Virus record (IMG/VR): IMGVR_UViG_3300022562_002170
Location: 1-52,701 of that record
Direction: 5' to 3' (one strand)
Origin: a virus
Lineage: Duplodnaviria; Caudoviricetes
Length of the DNA stretch: 52,701 nt
The notes beneath the pieces were generated by a model. That model worked only from the letters and a program-made list of their open reading frames with translations. It did not search any database and had not been told where the DNA came from. This document shows, one piece after another, positions 1 through 8,122 of this stretch (within the stretch, counting starts at the first letter, position 1; each line of letters opens with the position of its first letter). A program made the position numbers and the translations under genes.

Positions 1-7
1 CGTCGCG

Positions 8-1312
8 ATGTGCCAGAAGCTCGGCATCAATGCAAGGGAACTTGCAAAGGTTTTCAACAACGAGAGCAGGTTCGACCCGTCCATTCAGGCCATCAGGGGG
101 AAGCCTCCGCACGTCGTTGCCCAAGGTATCGCGCAGTTCATCAAGAGTACCGCGATCAGGGTCGGTGGCGTGCCCCCGGAACAGTGGGACACATTCAACC
201 AACTCTCCGGGGAGGAGCAGCTCCCCTACATCGAGACCTATCTGAAGAAGGTTGGGATGGCGCGGTACAAGACCGCCGGACAGATGTATGCGTCGCACTT
301 TGGCGGGTACAACCTGCCTGGGTACGGGCGCGGATACATGAGTCGTGAGACTTACGGCTCCCTGCCTCCGGACAAGAAGGCGGCCGTGGAGAAGGCCATC
401 GGCGGTAAGGGTCAGCTGGAGCCGATGTTTAACGCGTATGAGCAGAACAAGCCGGCCGACGGCATATCCGGCGGGCACAAGAAGGGGGTCGTGGACAACA
501 CGGACTTCGCCAGGCTCATGGGGAACGCGTCCCTTCCTGTCAGCATCGACTCTGCGATAGCCCAGGCAGAGTCCCAGATCGCGTCCGGTGCCCAGCCGAC
601 AGAACCGCAGGCCGCCCAGACCGAGGCACAGACCAACGCCAACGAGTCTCCTCCTCAGGCTTTCCTGATGAAGTCCGGGTACGTTACGGACCCGGACGAC
701 AAACTCCGTGACGGGCTCGGGAGGACGGTCCAAGTCGCGGACGAGAACAGGCTTGCCGCGGCCGCGGTGCAGACGGCTTCCCTCCGGAGGCAGATCGACC
801 TGGTTAATCAGACCCCTCCGCTCATCATGCTCATCAACCCAAGCCAGATGAGCCGGAGGTACGAGGCTAGCGCCGACTCGAGCACCAAGGGCAGGTATGG
901 GCATATTGTCCACAACTGGTTGGAGCGGCCCTTCAGCCTCGAGGCCTCTGGTATGACGGCCGGGCAGTACGTGGTGGACGCCGAAGGGTCTGGCGGGCTC
1001 ACGAACACATTCCGCGTCCATTCGCTCAGCTATGCGAACCTCCTGAGCCTCGCGATGATTTACAAGAACAACGGGATCCTGTTCGCCGGCCAGGAATCAG
1101 ACACTGGGATCCCTGTCCTCGCGATGAGCGTCTTCGTTTACTACGACCAGCATGTTTATCTCGGCTCCTTCGATACGTTTTCCGTCGAGGACTCCGCGGA
1201 TAGGCCCCACAACATGGCATACGAGTTCAAGTTCAACGTCAGGTACGACATGCCCCTCCCCGGCGGGTCTCCCGTCATCGACTCCCTCATAGCTGACAGC
1301 ATGGGGTTCTGA
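8..1312 (+). CDS. Lytic transglycosylase (SLT-like) domain fused to a putative baseplate/tube-initiator-like C-terminal domain; probably 5'-truncated
   Basis: N-terminal NNESRFDP (catalytic Glu motif) and QGIAQFIKSTA (G-x-x-Q motif). An Ala/Gln/Thr linker is followed by 'LIMLINPSQM...YLGSFDTFSVEDSADRPHNMAYEFKFNV', typical of tube-like baseplate proteins. The frame is open to the window edge. Confidence 0.65.
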   Translation: MCQKLGINARELAKVFNNESRFDPSIQAIRGKPPHVVAQGIAQFIKSTAIRVGGVPPEQWDTFNQLSGEEQLPYIETYLKKVGMARYKTAGQMYASHFGGYNLPGYGRGYMSRETYGSLPPDKKAAVEKAIGGKGQLEPMFNAYEQNKPADGISGGHKKGVVDNTDFARLMGNASLPVSIDSAIAQAESQIASGAQPTEPQAAQTEAQTNANESPPQAFLMKSGYVTDPDDKLRDGLGRTVQVADENRLAAAAVQTASLRRQIDLVNQTPPLIMLINPSQMSRRYEASADSSTKGRYGHIVHNWLERPFSLEASGMTAGQYVVDAEGSGGLTNTFRVHSLSYANLLSLAMIYKNNGILFAGQESDTGIPVLAMSVFVYYDQHVYLGSFDTFSVEDSADRPHNMAYEFKFNVRYDMPLPGGSPVIDSLIADSMGF

Positions 1313-1313
1313 C

Positions 1314-4300
1314 GTGGCGAGAACCTCGGCCTTCAGGGGGACGTGGCAGCCGAACCGGCGTCCCTACCTCACTCTGACCCCGGACGCCTACGTGTCGATC
1401 CAGGGGGAGACGTCCGTGATAGCCTGCGGGGAGTGCCGCAGGGAGGTTGACGTCAACAGGTACCTGACCGGGATACAGGTGGACACGTCCGTCGAGTCCC
1501 CGCCCGGGTCCGCGACCGTGACCTTGTCCATCCCCGACAACGACATTAATCAGTTCTACGTGGACGGCGAGCTCATCATCATCTCGATGATGGAGATCGA
1601 GATCTACGCCAAGGGATATTTCACCGTCGGCGGGTTCCCCCAGTATTACCGCATCTTCTGGGGTCTCGTCTCTTCCGTGACGAAGAACTGGTCGAACGGG
1701 GTTACCACCGTCAGCCTGAACTGCAAGGACATCCTGCGGTGGTGGGAGATAACGAACGTCATCCTGAACCCGGCCTTTCTCGATACCTCGAAGTCGGGAT
1801 CCGGATATCAGCTTTTCCAGAACAAGTTCGCCGGCGCGAACCCGTACTCCGTCATCATAGCCTTGGCCCGCGAGGCTATGGGTGACTTCTCCATTACCAC
1901 CGGGTCCTTCACCTCATTCCGTCCGGAGGACGGGGCCGAGCGCGGGGTCATTGCTCAGTACGCCAAGGACATCATGGTGTACTGGCAGCTCAAATTCGGG
2001 AATATCTGGAACAGCCTGGTCTTGTATGGGACCAGCGGGCAGGCGTACACGTTCGCCGGCGATCCCGGAAACGTGTCTCCGGTGAAGATAGCGAATGACA
2101 TCTTCAAGGAGGAGGCCGCCCAACTCAACCTGAACCCGGAGACGTCCCTCTTCAAGATTCAGCCACATGAGATCGCCGCGTTCAAGGTAGATGTCTCCAG
2201 GGCCGGTGATGTCGATTTCTTTCAGAACGAGACCCAGAGCAAACTCGCTGTCGCCATCACGGCTAGGGACCAAGCCGGTGGCTACGAGTTCTACTGCGAC
2301 ACGACCGGGGATATCGTCTTCAAGCCCCCGTTCTACAACCTCAACGTCCTTCCGAACAAGCCCGTCAGCTGGATCCAGGACTTCGAGATCATGGATGACT
2401 CCATCACGGAGTCCGAGCAAGAGGTGTACACGCATGTCACGTCCAGCGGGAACGCTTTCGGCGGGGTCACGGACTGGGGCCTGAACGACGACATCACGAC
2501 GCCGCGGACTGGCGTCATCGACTGGCACCTCCTGAAGAGGTACGGATGGAGGCATCTGTCGCTTCAGCTCGAGTGGGCCGGGAATCCGAGGAAGTTGTTC
2601 TACCACCTCCTCGACCATATGGACAAGATAAACGCCCGGCGGCACTCCATGTCGGTCACCATCCCGATGCGTCCGGAGATCCGTATGGGGTTCCCGGTCT
2701 GGATCCCGAAGTATGATGCCTTCTTCTACATACAGGGGATCTCGCACAACTACGCGCCGGGAGGGCAGGCCGTCACGGCCCTCACTCTGATGGCGCGCCG
2801 TCGGAAGTTCGTCGCCCCGAAGAACATTGGCAGAGTCGTCGTCACGGGGTCGAAGACCGTCACGCCCAAGAACCAGAAGACAAAGCAGAGCCAGGCGGTC
2901 GAGGAGGAGACTTTCGCCATCAGCTTCCCGTCGGGTGTCGGTCAGACGTCGAGCTTGACCGATGCTGGACAGGAGGAGCGATATGGGGGCCCCGCGATCC
3001 TCCGGGATCCCAAGACCGGGAAGCTCCTCGGGTTCCCGAACGCCGTCATGGTGTACCGGACGACCCTCAGTGGACAGAAGCTCGCCGAGATTCTCCAGGG
3101 GAGCGGGAGCAAGAAGGGCCACAAGCCGCAAAAGCAGGACAAGAAGAGGCCGGAGGGACCGAACTTCTCCTACGCGAGGACGATCGGGGACGTCTTTACC
3201 CAGCTCCAGAACGACAAGCGCGCGGAGATCATCGATCGTCTGAGGATCCACCGGTATGAAACCGGGATGTCGAATGCCGGCGCCTACGACTATGCGCACG
3301 ACTTCGATGGCCGCTTCAAGGAGTTCTCGGTCATCCCGACGGACAGGATCACCTGGGGGACCGGTACGGAGGATCCCGACGCCGGGACCAAGGCCGCGGA
3401 CGGGGACTCCGTCGGGGCGGAGACCGTCGCGGATGCAAAGGAGAGGAAGGCCCGCATTGACGCCGAGGCCAAGGCCCTGGAGGCTCAGCTCCCTGAGCTC
3501 AGGACGAAGGTAAACGAGACGAACAAGGCCTACAAGCAGGCCCTGAAGGAGCTCCAGCAGCTTAAGCAGGCGAAGGGGAAGGTGAAGACGACGTCCAGCC
3601 TCGAGGGTCAGGCTGATGTCGCCGTTCAGCAGAAGGAAGAGTTGGTGAAGAGCGCGAAGGCTACCTACGACGAGGCCTCTAAGGCATACTCTGACCTTCA
3701 GGCCCAGATCAGGACGACGAAAGCGAACGGCGGGAAGATCAAGAAGCTCGCCTCCTTGAACATTATGATCCGCCCGGTTTCGGATGAGTTCGGATTCGAG
3801 GTGATCGGACATTACCGCTACGGGCGCGGGGCTTACATCGATCGCGGCCAAGTCCAGCTCCCCGATCCGAACACGGTCGATCAGAATCCGAATTATGTGA
3901 ACGAGCTAAACATTCAGTTTGCGGCGCATGGGGGCCTCCTGACGGACCCCGCCGCCCAGAACGCCCCGAACCTTGGTCCTGGATCCCCGAGCTTCGCGCA
4001 GGCCTTCGAGAAGATGCAACCCGAGGATTATATGACCGGCGCCTCCTTCAAGGGGGCGAATTATGTCGACGATCAACACCTGGAGGAGGTCAATCCGACC
4101 AACCAGAACACGTACTCGAACTCTTTCAGGCGCAACTCGGACAACGGGACCGCCGTCTTCGCGGAGGCCGACGCCCTCCGCAGGGCCGTGACCCTTGCGG
4201 AGCTAAAGCCTACGCTGTCCACCGGCCTGGATGCCGCAGGGTTCGAGCGCTGCGCGTGCGAGCTCGGGAGGACCGAGTGGCTGTCAGTCCTACCTCTGTC

Positions 4301-4820
4301 CTTTGTGCAGCAGGTCCTGCGCCCGGTCCAGGTCTCGGCCGGGAACATCGAGGTGAACGCGGCCGAGCTCGAAGCGCAATTTGCGGCCACCGGTGAGATC
4401 CCGGCCGCCCAGGAGACGGTCACGGTCGCCGCTGGGGACGTGTTCAGGCTCGAGGGCGCCGGCGGGTTCTTCAACATCCTGCACGACTACCTCGTACAGA
4501 GGTTCAACAAGGACTACGAGGAGAACAAGTTCCGCGAGGAGTACGCGATCAACGGCGGCATGGACGTCACGGTCCCAGACCCCGGGGAGCAGGACAACGT
4601 CCTCCGTCCGGCGAAGAACTCGCTCTTCGACCGGGCCTCGATGGGGGACCCGGATGCCCTCGGAGCGCTTACGAAGGGTGCGAACTTCAACTTCGGTCTT
4701 ACGAAGAAGGGCCTTCAAGACTTCAAGGAGACGCTGGACGATCCCCAACCGGTCGCGCCGAGGCAGGTCTCCTTCCCGACCCTCGTGAACCCGTCCGGCA
4801 GCGGGACGACCGGTTTCTAA
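1314..4820 (+). CDS. Putative baseplate hub protein (gp27/gpD/VgrG-N-like), 1168 aa, with coiled-coil insertion
   Basis: GTG start 1 nt after the upstream stop. Hub-like motifs 'GIQVDTSVESPPGSATVTL', 'YEFYCDTTGDIVFKPP' and 'TIPMRPEIRMGFPV...FYIQGISHNY'. Lys/Glu/Ala heptad segment at about 3430-3740. Lies just upstream of the spike gene. Confidence 0.65.
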   Translation: MARTSAFRGTWQPNRRPYLTLTPDAYVSIQGETSVIACGECRREVDVNRYLTGIQVDTSVESPPGSATVTLSIPDNDINQFYVDGELIIISMMEIEIYAKGYFTVGGFPQYYRIFWGLVSSVTKNWSNGVTTVSLNCKDILRWWEITNVILNPAFLDTSKSGSGYQLFQNKFAGANPYSVIIALAREAMGDFSITTGSFTSFRPEDGAERGVIAQYAKDIMVYWQLKFGNIWNSLVLYGTSGQAYTFAGDPGNVSPVKIANDIFKEEAAQLNLNPETSLFKIQPHEIAAFKVDVSRAGDVDFFQNETQSKLAVAITARDQAGGYEFYCDTTGDIVFKPPFYNLNVLPNKPVSWIQDFEIMDDSITESEQEVYTHVTSSGNAFGGVTDWGLNDDITTPRTGVIDWHLLKRYGWRHLSLQLEWAGNPRKLFYHLLDHMDKINARRHSMSVTIPMRPEIRMGFPVWIPKYDAFFYIQGISHNYAPGGQAVTALTLMARRRKFVAPKNIGRVVVTGSKTVTPKNQKTKQSQAVEEETFAISFPSGVGQTSSLTDAGQEERYGGPAILRDPKTGKLLGFPNAVMVYRTTLSGQKLAEILQGSGSKKGHKPQKQDKKRPEGPNFSYARTIGDVFTQLQNDKRAEIIDRLRIHRYETGMSNAGAYDYAHDFDGRFKEFSVIPTDRITWGTGTEDPDAGTKAADGDSVGAETVADAKERKARIDAEAKALEAQLPELRTKVNETNKAYKQALKELQQLKQAKGKVKTTSSLEGQADVAVQQKEELVKSAKATYDEASKAYSDLQAQIRTTKANGGKIKKLASLNIMIRPVSDEFGFEVIGHYRYGRGAYIDRGQVQLPDPNTVDQNPNYVNELNIQFAAHGGLLTDPAAQNAPNLGPGSPSFAQAFEKMQPEDYMTGASFKGANYVDDQHLEEVNPTNQNTYSNSFRRNSDNGTAVFAEADALRRAVTLAELKPTLSTGLDAAGFERCACELGRTEWLSVLPLSFVQQVLRPVQVSAGNIEVNAAELEAQFAATGEIPAAQETVTVAAGDVFRLEGAGGFFNILHDYLVQRFNKDYEENKFREEYAINGGMDVTVPDPGEQDNVLRPAKNSLFDRASMGDPDALGALTKGANFNFGLTKKGLQDFKETLDDPQPVAPRQVSFPTLVNPSGSGTTGF

Positions 4821-5198
4821 CTAGAGGTGCTTCAGCATCTCCACGAACTTCGGGTTGCATTTGTCCCGGTCGAGGAGGTATGTGAGCACCTCCTCGACGG
4901 TCCTGCTGGCCGGGGAGACGTAGACCTGGCTATCCAGCTCCCCAGTCGAATAGTCGAGCATGTGCCGGAAATGCATGATCTTCATCGTCAGGACGACATA
5001 GTGGCTCTTGTCCTCCTCGCGCTCCAGGACACACTCCATCCCGGTTTGCTTTCCGAGGAAGTGGATCAGGTTCTTGTCCTTGACCGCGATACTGATCTGC
5101 AAGTTCTGGCCCTCCCTCATGTTCGAGAGGGTCTCCACCTCCAGCCTCGCCTTTTCGATCAGCTTTCCGCTTATGGTCGTGACCTGTATCGCCGGCAT
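4821..5198 (-). CDS. Hypothetical protein, 125 aa (antisense insert in the tail operon)
   Basis: Fills the hub-spike gap exactly, has normal globular composition and a GTAACGT box 6 nt before its ATG. Confidence 0.7.
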   Translation of the reverse strand: MPAIQVTTISGKLIEKARLEVETLSNMREGQNLQISIAVKDKNLIHFLGKQTGMECVLEREEDKSHYVVLTMKIMHFRHMLDYSTGELDSQVYVSPASRTVEEVLTYLLDRDKCNPKFVEMLKHL

Positions 5199-5231
5199 GG
5201 AGTGACGTTACCTTCGAAGTAGGGTTTCACG
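5199..5231. promoter_or_regulatory. 33-bp divergent promoter region with two GTAnnnT (-10-like) boxes
   Basis: GTAGGGT at 5219-5225 (+) is 6 nt before ATG 5232. GTAACGT at 5211-5205 (-) is 6 nt before ATG 5198. Confidence 0.55.
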
Positions 5232-7514
5232 ATGGTCAAGGATCCGAAGTTCGGCCCGGACACGAAGTCCCCGCTCTTGATAGACCCCAGGAGGCCAGGA
5301 GGAGCCAGGAGCTCGTCCTTGGACAGCGCCGAGGCCCGGTCCCTCCTCTGGGTAGGCCGGATCCTGCACGTCGACACCGAGACCATGGTGTGTTCCGTCC
5401 AGCTCGAGACGGGTGGGGTCGGCGAGCGGTTCGATGTCCCTCTCCCCGCCCCTGCTGGCGGGGGGCCGCGCTCTTGGTCCGGGAACGTCCCGGAGAGGAA
5501 CTCGAAGGTCGTCATTGGATGGAGGCGGTATGACGGGCGCGCCTACGTCCCGTACATCATCAGCGTCATGACGGTTGGCGTTTTCCCGGGCAGGGAATAC
5601 GAACCGTTTTCGACTGTCGATCCGGACGACGCCTCGGAGGCGATGCGCCTGGCCCCAGAGCTCGCAGACGATCCGCACCTGAACCTCGGTGTCGTCCGCC
5701 TGAAGCTCCGCAAGGCATACCCTGGCGATTTCCTGGCCTCCGCTAGTGAAGGAGCAGACTTTCTCCTGGACAGGAACGCCGCCCTCCAGAACCGGGCCGG
5801 CAACGAGTACCTGCTTCGGGATTCCGACCAGACCGCCATCCTGCAGACCGTGAATGAGTTCACTAGCAACGCGGCCGGATACTACAGGCGCGGACTCATC
5901 AAGAGGACGGCTTTCAACTTCCTGCCCGACCTCGCTTTGAGCGGCTTCGACCCGTCCAAGGATGACTACGACACGTTCGTGTCCGGGAAGTTCACCGTCG
6001 GAGAGGACGGGGATGGAAACCCGCTCAGGGCCCTTCTGACGAAGGTGACTTCGGACAGCGCCGCGTTCTCGAAGCTCAGGGAGTTCGGCCTGATCAACCC
6101 GGACGGGACCCCCGCCGACCCGATCCCGACGGATCCGACCGATCCGTTCTACCCCTTCGTCGTGCTTGCCGACGGCCAGCGCGCCTCTTATTCCGTCCTC
6201 GGCGAGCACGAGAACAGCTTTGCCGACACGGACCAGTGTTACGTGGAGGACCGGACGGAGATCCGGCATACGAGCGACGGGATCATGGCCGTCACCGAGG
6301 AGGGGGACGGCGTACAGATAGATCCAGTCCCGCCCATCCTCATCGAGGACGTCAAGGGGACGGTCGTCGGGAATGACCCCTACACGGAGCACGGCCGGTC
6401 CCTCTACGGCCGGATCATGACGATGCGGGTCTTCGACGACCCGGACCAGGCCGCCCCGTCCCCGGGCCCGATATTTGAGCCCGTGGACACCCTGACGAGC
6501 CAGACCGAGGCCGACACGAGGGCCTTGTGCAGGCTCTTCCACGTGCGCAGTCCGAACGGAGTCAGTCAGTACGCCTTCGGTATCACGAAGGAGGGGAAGG
6601 TCGTTCTGCATGTCCCGATGACAACGACGGGCGGCGTGCAGGAGAAGGGGAAGTCCGTCGACGCGAACATCGTAGGCTTGATCAAGGCTATCGTCGGGAT
6701 GGACCCGAACAGCAAGGTCAGCATGGACCTTAGGACCCAGGGCGGCGTTAAGCTCGACATAGGGTCCTTCACCGACTTGTCGGATCCTCAGAACCCGGAA
6801 CAGGTCTCTGTCGAGCTCCACCTGGCCGGGAAGATCCGGACTGTCTACTCCGGGGAGCAGGGGCGTGAGACGCTGGTGGGCGGATCCGACTTCAACTCCG
6901 TCACCGGGTCCAAGATGGACATGATCGGGGGGAACAAGGTTGAGAACGTCGGCGGGTCGAAGGCCACAGAGGCATTCTCCATCACCGACAACGCCGGCTT
7001 CGGGGGCAAGAAGAGCAAGTGTGCCGGCGACTACAACAACACGGTCCTCGGCAAGACCATGGAGCTCTACGCGCAGCTCCGCCAGACGACCTTCGCCCTA
7101 TCCGACCTCAAGACGATGCTCGCCGGCGTCGACAGCACTACCGTCCTCGCCGGTGCCATGGCCAGGACCGTCGTCGCCGGGGCCGGCATAGCGGACACGG
7201 TCACGGCCGGGAACATGGCGTCGACGGTAGGGGCCGGGAACATGCTCATGAACGTCGGCACCGGGAACCTCGCCGCGACTGTCGGGGCCGGGAATCTTGC
7301 CCTGACCGCCGGCGCTGGGGCGGCAACCATGACCGCCGGAGTCACCGCGTCCCTCGTTGCCGGGACGGTCGCGAATGTGACCGCCCCGATAGTGAAGCTC
7401 GGAGTTGCCGTGGTCGGGTCCGCTGTGGCCGGGGTCCCGGGCCCTCCCGGTCCGCATCTCGACTACGTGACCGGTCTCCCGATCAAGGGCGTCCCGACCG
7501 TCACCCTCGGATGA
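5232..7514 (+). CDS. Baseplate central spike (gp5/gpV/VgrG-C-like), 760 aa
   Basis: OB-fold-like N-terminus (WVGRILHVD...VPERNSKVVIGW). C-terminal beta-helix repeats of 8 residues (VGGSDFNS VTGSKMDM IGGNKVEN) and 9 residues (TVTAGNMAS TVGAGNMLM NVGTGNLAA TVGAGNLAL). Terminal PHLDYVTG. Confidence 0.75.
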   Translation: MVKDPKFGPDTKSPLLIDPRRPGGARSSSLDSAEARSLLWVGRILHVDTETMVCSVQLETGGVGERFDVPLPAPAGGGPRSWSGNVPERNSKVVIGWRRYDGRAYVPYIISVMTVGVFPGREYEPFSTVDPDDASEAMRLAPELADDPHLNLGVVRLKLRKAYPGDFLASASEGADFLLDRNAALQNRAGNEYLLRDSDQTAILQTVNEFTSNAAGYYRRGLIKRTAFNFLPDLALSGFDPSKDDYDTFVSGKFTVGEDGDGNPLRALLTKVTSDSAAFSKLREFGLINPDGTPADPIPTDPTDPFYPFVVLADGQRASYSVLGEHENSFADTDQCYVEDRTEIRHTSDGIMAVTEEGDGVQIDPVPPILIEDVKGTVVGNDPYTEHGRSLYGRIMTMRVFDDPDQAAPSPGPIFEPVDTLTSQTEADTRALCRLFHVRSPNGVSQYAFGITKEGKVVLHVPMTTTGGVQEKGKSVDANIVGLIKAIVGMDPNSKVSMDLRTQGGVKLDIGSFTDLSDPQNPEQVSVELHLAGKIRTVYSGEQGRETLVGGSDFNSVTGSKMDMIGGNKVENVGGSKATEAFSITDNAGFGGKKSKCAGDYNNTVLGKTMELYAQLRQTTFALSDLKTMLAGVDSTTVLAGAMARTVVAGAGIADTVTAGNMASTVGAGNMLMNVGTGNLAATVGAGNLALTAGAGAATMTAGVTASLVAGTVANVTAPIVKLGVAVVGSAVAGVPGPPGPHLDYVTGLPIKGVPTVTLG

Positions 7515-7517
7515 CGC

Positions 7518-8099
7518 ATGCCGCTGGTCCCTCCCGCCATGACGGCACTGCTGACTGGGTACATGGGCGGAGGAGGCATATTCGGCGTCTCGAGTCCCCA
7601 GCTTGCCGCAGCGATATCTAACGGTTTTTGTCAGTACGCGATCAGCTCGGTCGTCGTCAACACCGTTGACGTCGGGTCTGCGGGGACCGGGACCGGGGTC
7701 GGTTCCGGGATTACGCTCGCTACTCCCGTCCTCGTCGCTTCCCTGACCGCGACTTTCGAGGGAGCGCAGATCCGGGGCCCCCTCCGTCAGTCCCTCATTG
7801 TGGCCATCTCGAAGGCCGTGTCGGACACCCTCAGGGTCGCCCTGATGAACACCGTGAACGCGGGGGTCGGCGCCGGGACCGGGAAGGCCACGCTCGTCCC
7901 GAACTCGGCCGTCTCCGTTCCCCTCATGGTCACAAACTTCTTCGGCCTGGCCTTGGTCGGCGTCTCGAGCCCCGTCCTGGCCTCAGCGGTAGCGCGCGGG
8001 ATAGATCAGGCCCTCCCCTCGGCCTCTGGCGCCGTCGTAATAACTGGGGCCTCCGGCTCCAGCCCCGGGACTGGAACCGGGGTGGGGAAGCTAATTTAG
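7518..8099 (+). CDS. Gly/Ala/Val-rich structural protein with internal duplication, 193 aa
   Basis: GVSSPQLAAAISNGF...GTGVG is repeated as GVSSPVLASAVARGI...GTGVG. Starts 3 nt after the spike stop. Confidence 0.7.
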   Translation: MPLVPPAMTALLTGYMGGGGIFGVSSPQLAAAISNGFCQYAISSVVVNTVDVGSAGTGTGVGSGITLATPVLVASLTATFEGAQIRGPLRQSLIVAISKAVSDTLRVALMNTVNAGVGAGTGKATLVPNSAVSVPLMVTNFFGLALVGVSSPVLASAVARGIDQALPSASGAVVITGASGSSPGTGTGVGKLI

Positions 8100-8108
8100 A
8101 CCCTTCAA

Positions 8109-8115
8109 GTACCGT
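8109..8115 (+). promoter_or_regulatory. GTACCGT -10-like box
   Basis: 7 nt before ATG 8123. The same heptamer precedes ATGs 15887, 18017 and 50613. Confidence 0.55.
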
Positions 8116-8122
8116 GTGACCG

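Noticed and set aside
1914-3851. 645-aa minus-strand ORF, and similar long antisense ORFs at 5208-6821, 10088-12145, 42946-44607 and 47806-48963
   Set aside because: They lie opposite motif-bearing + strand genes and have Leu/Val/Arg/Gly-biased shadow composition, as expected from high-GC codon bias.
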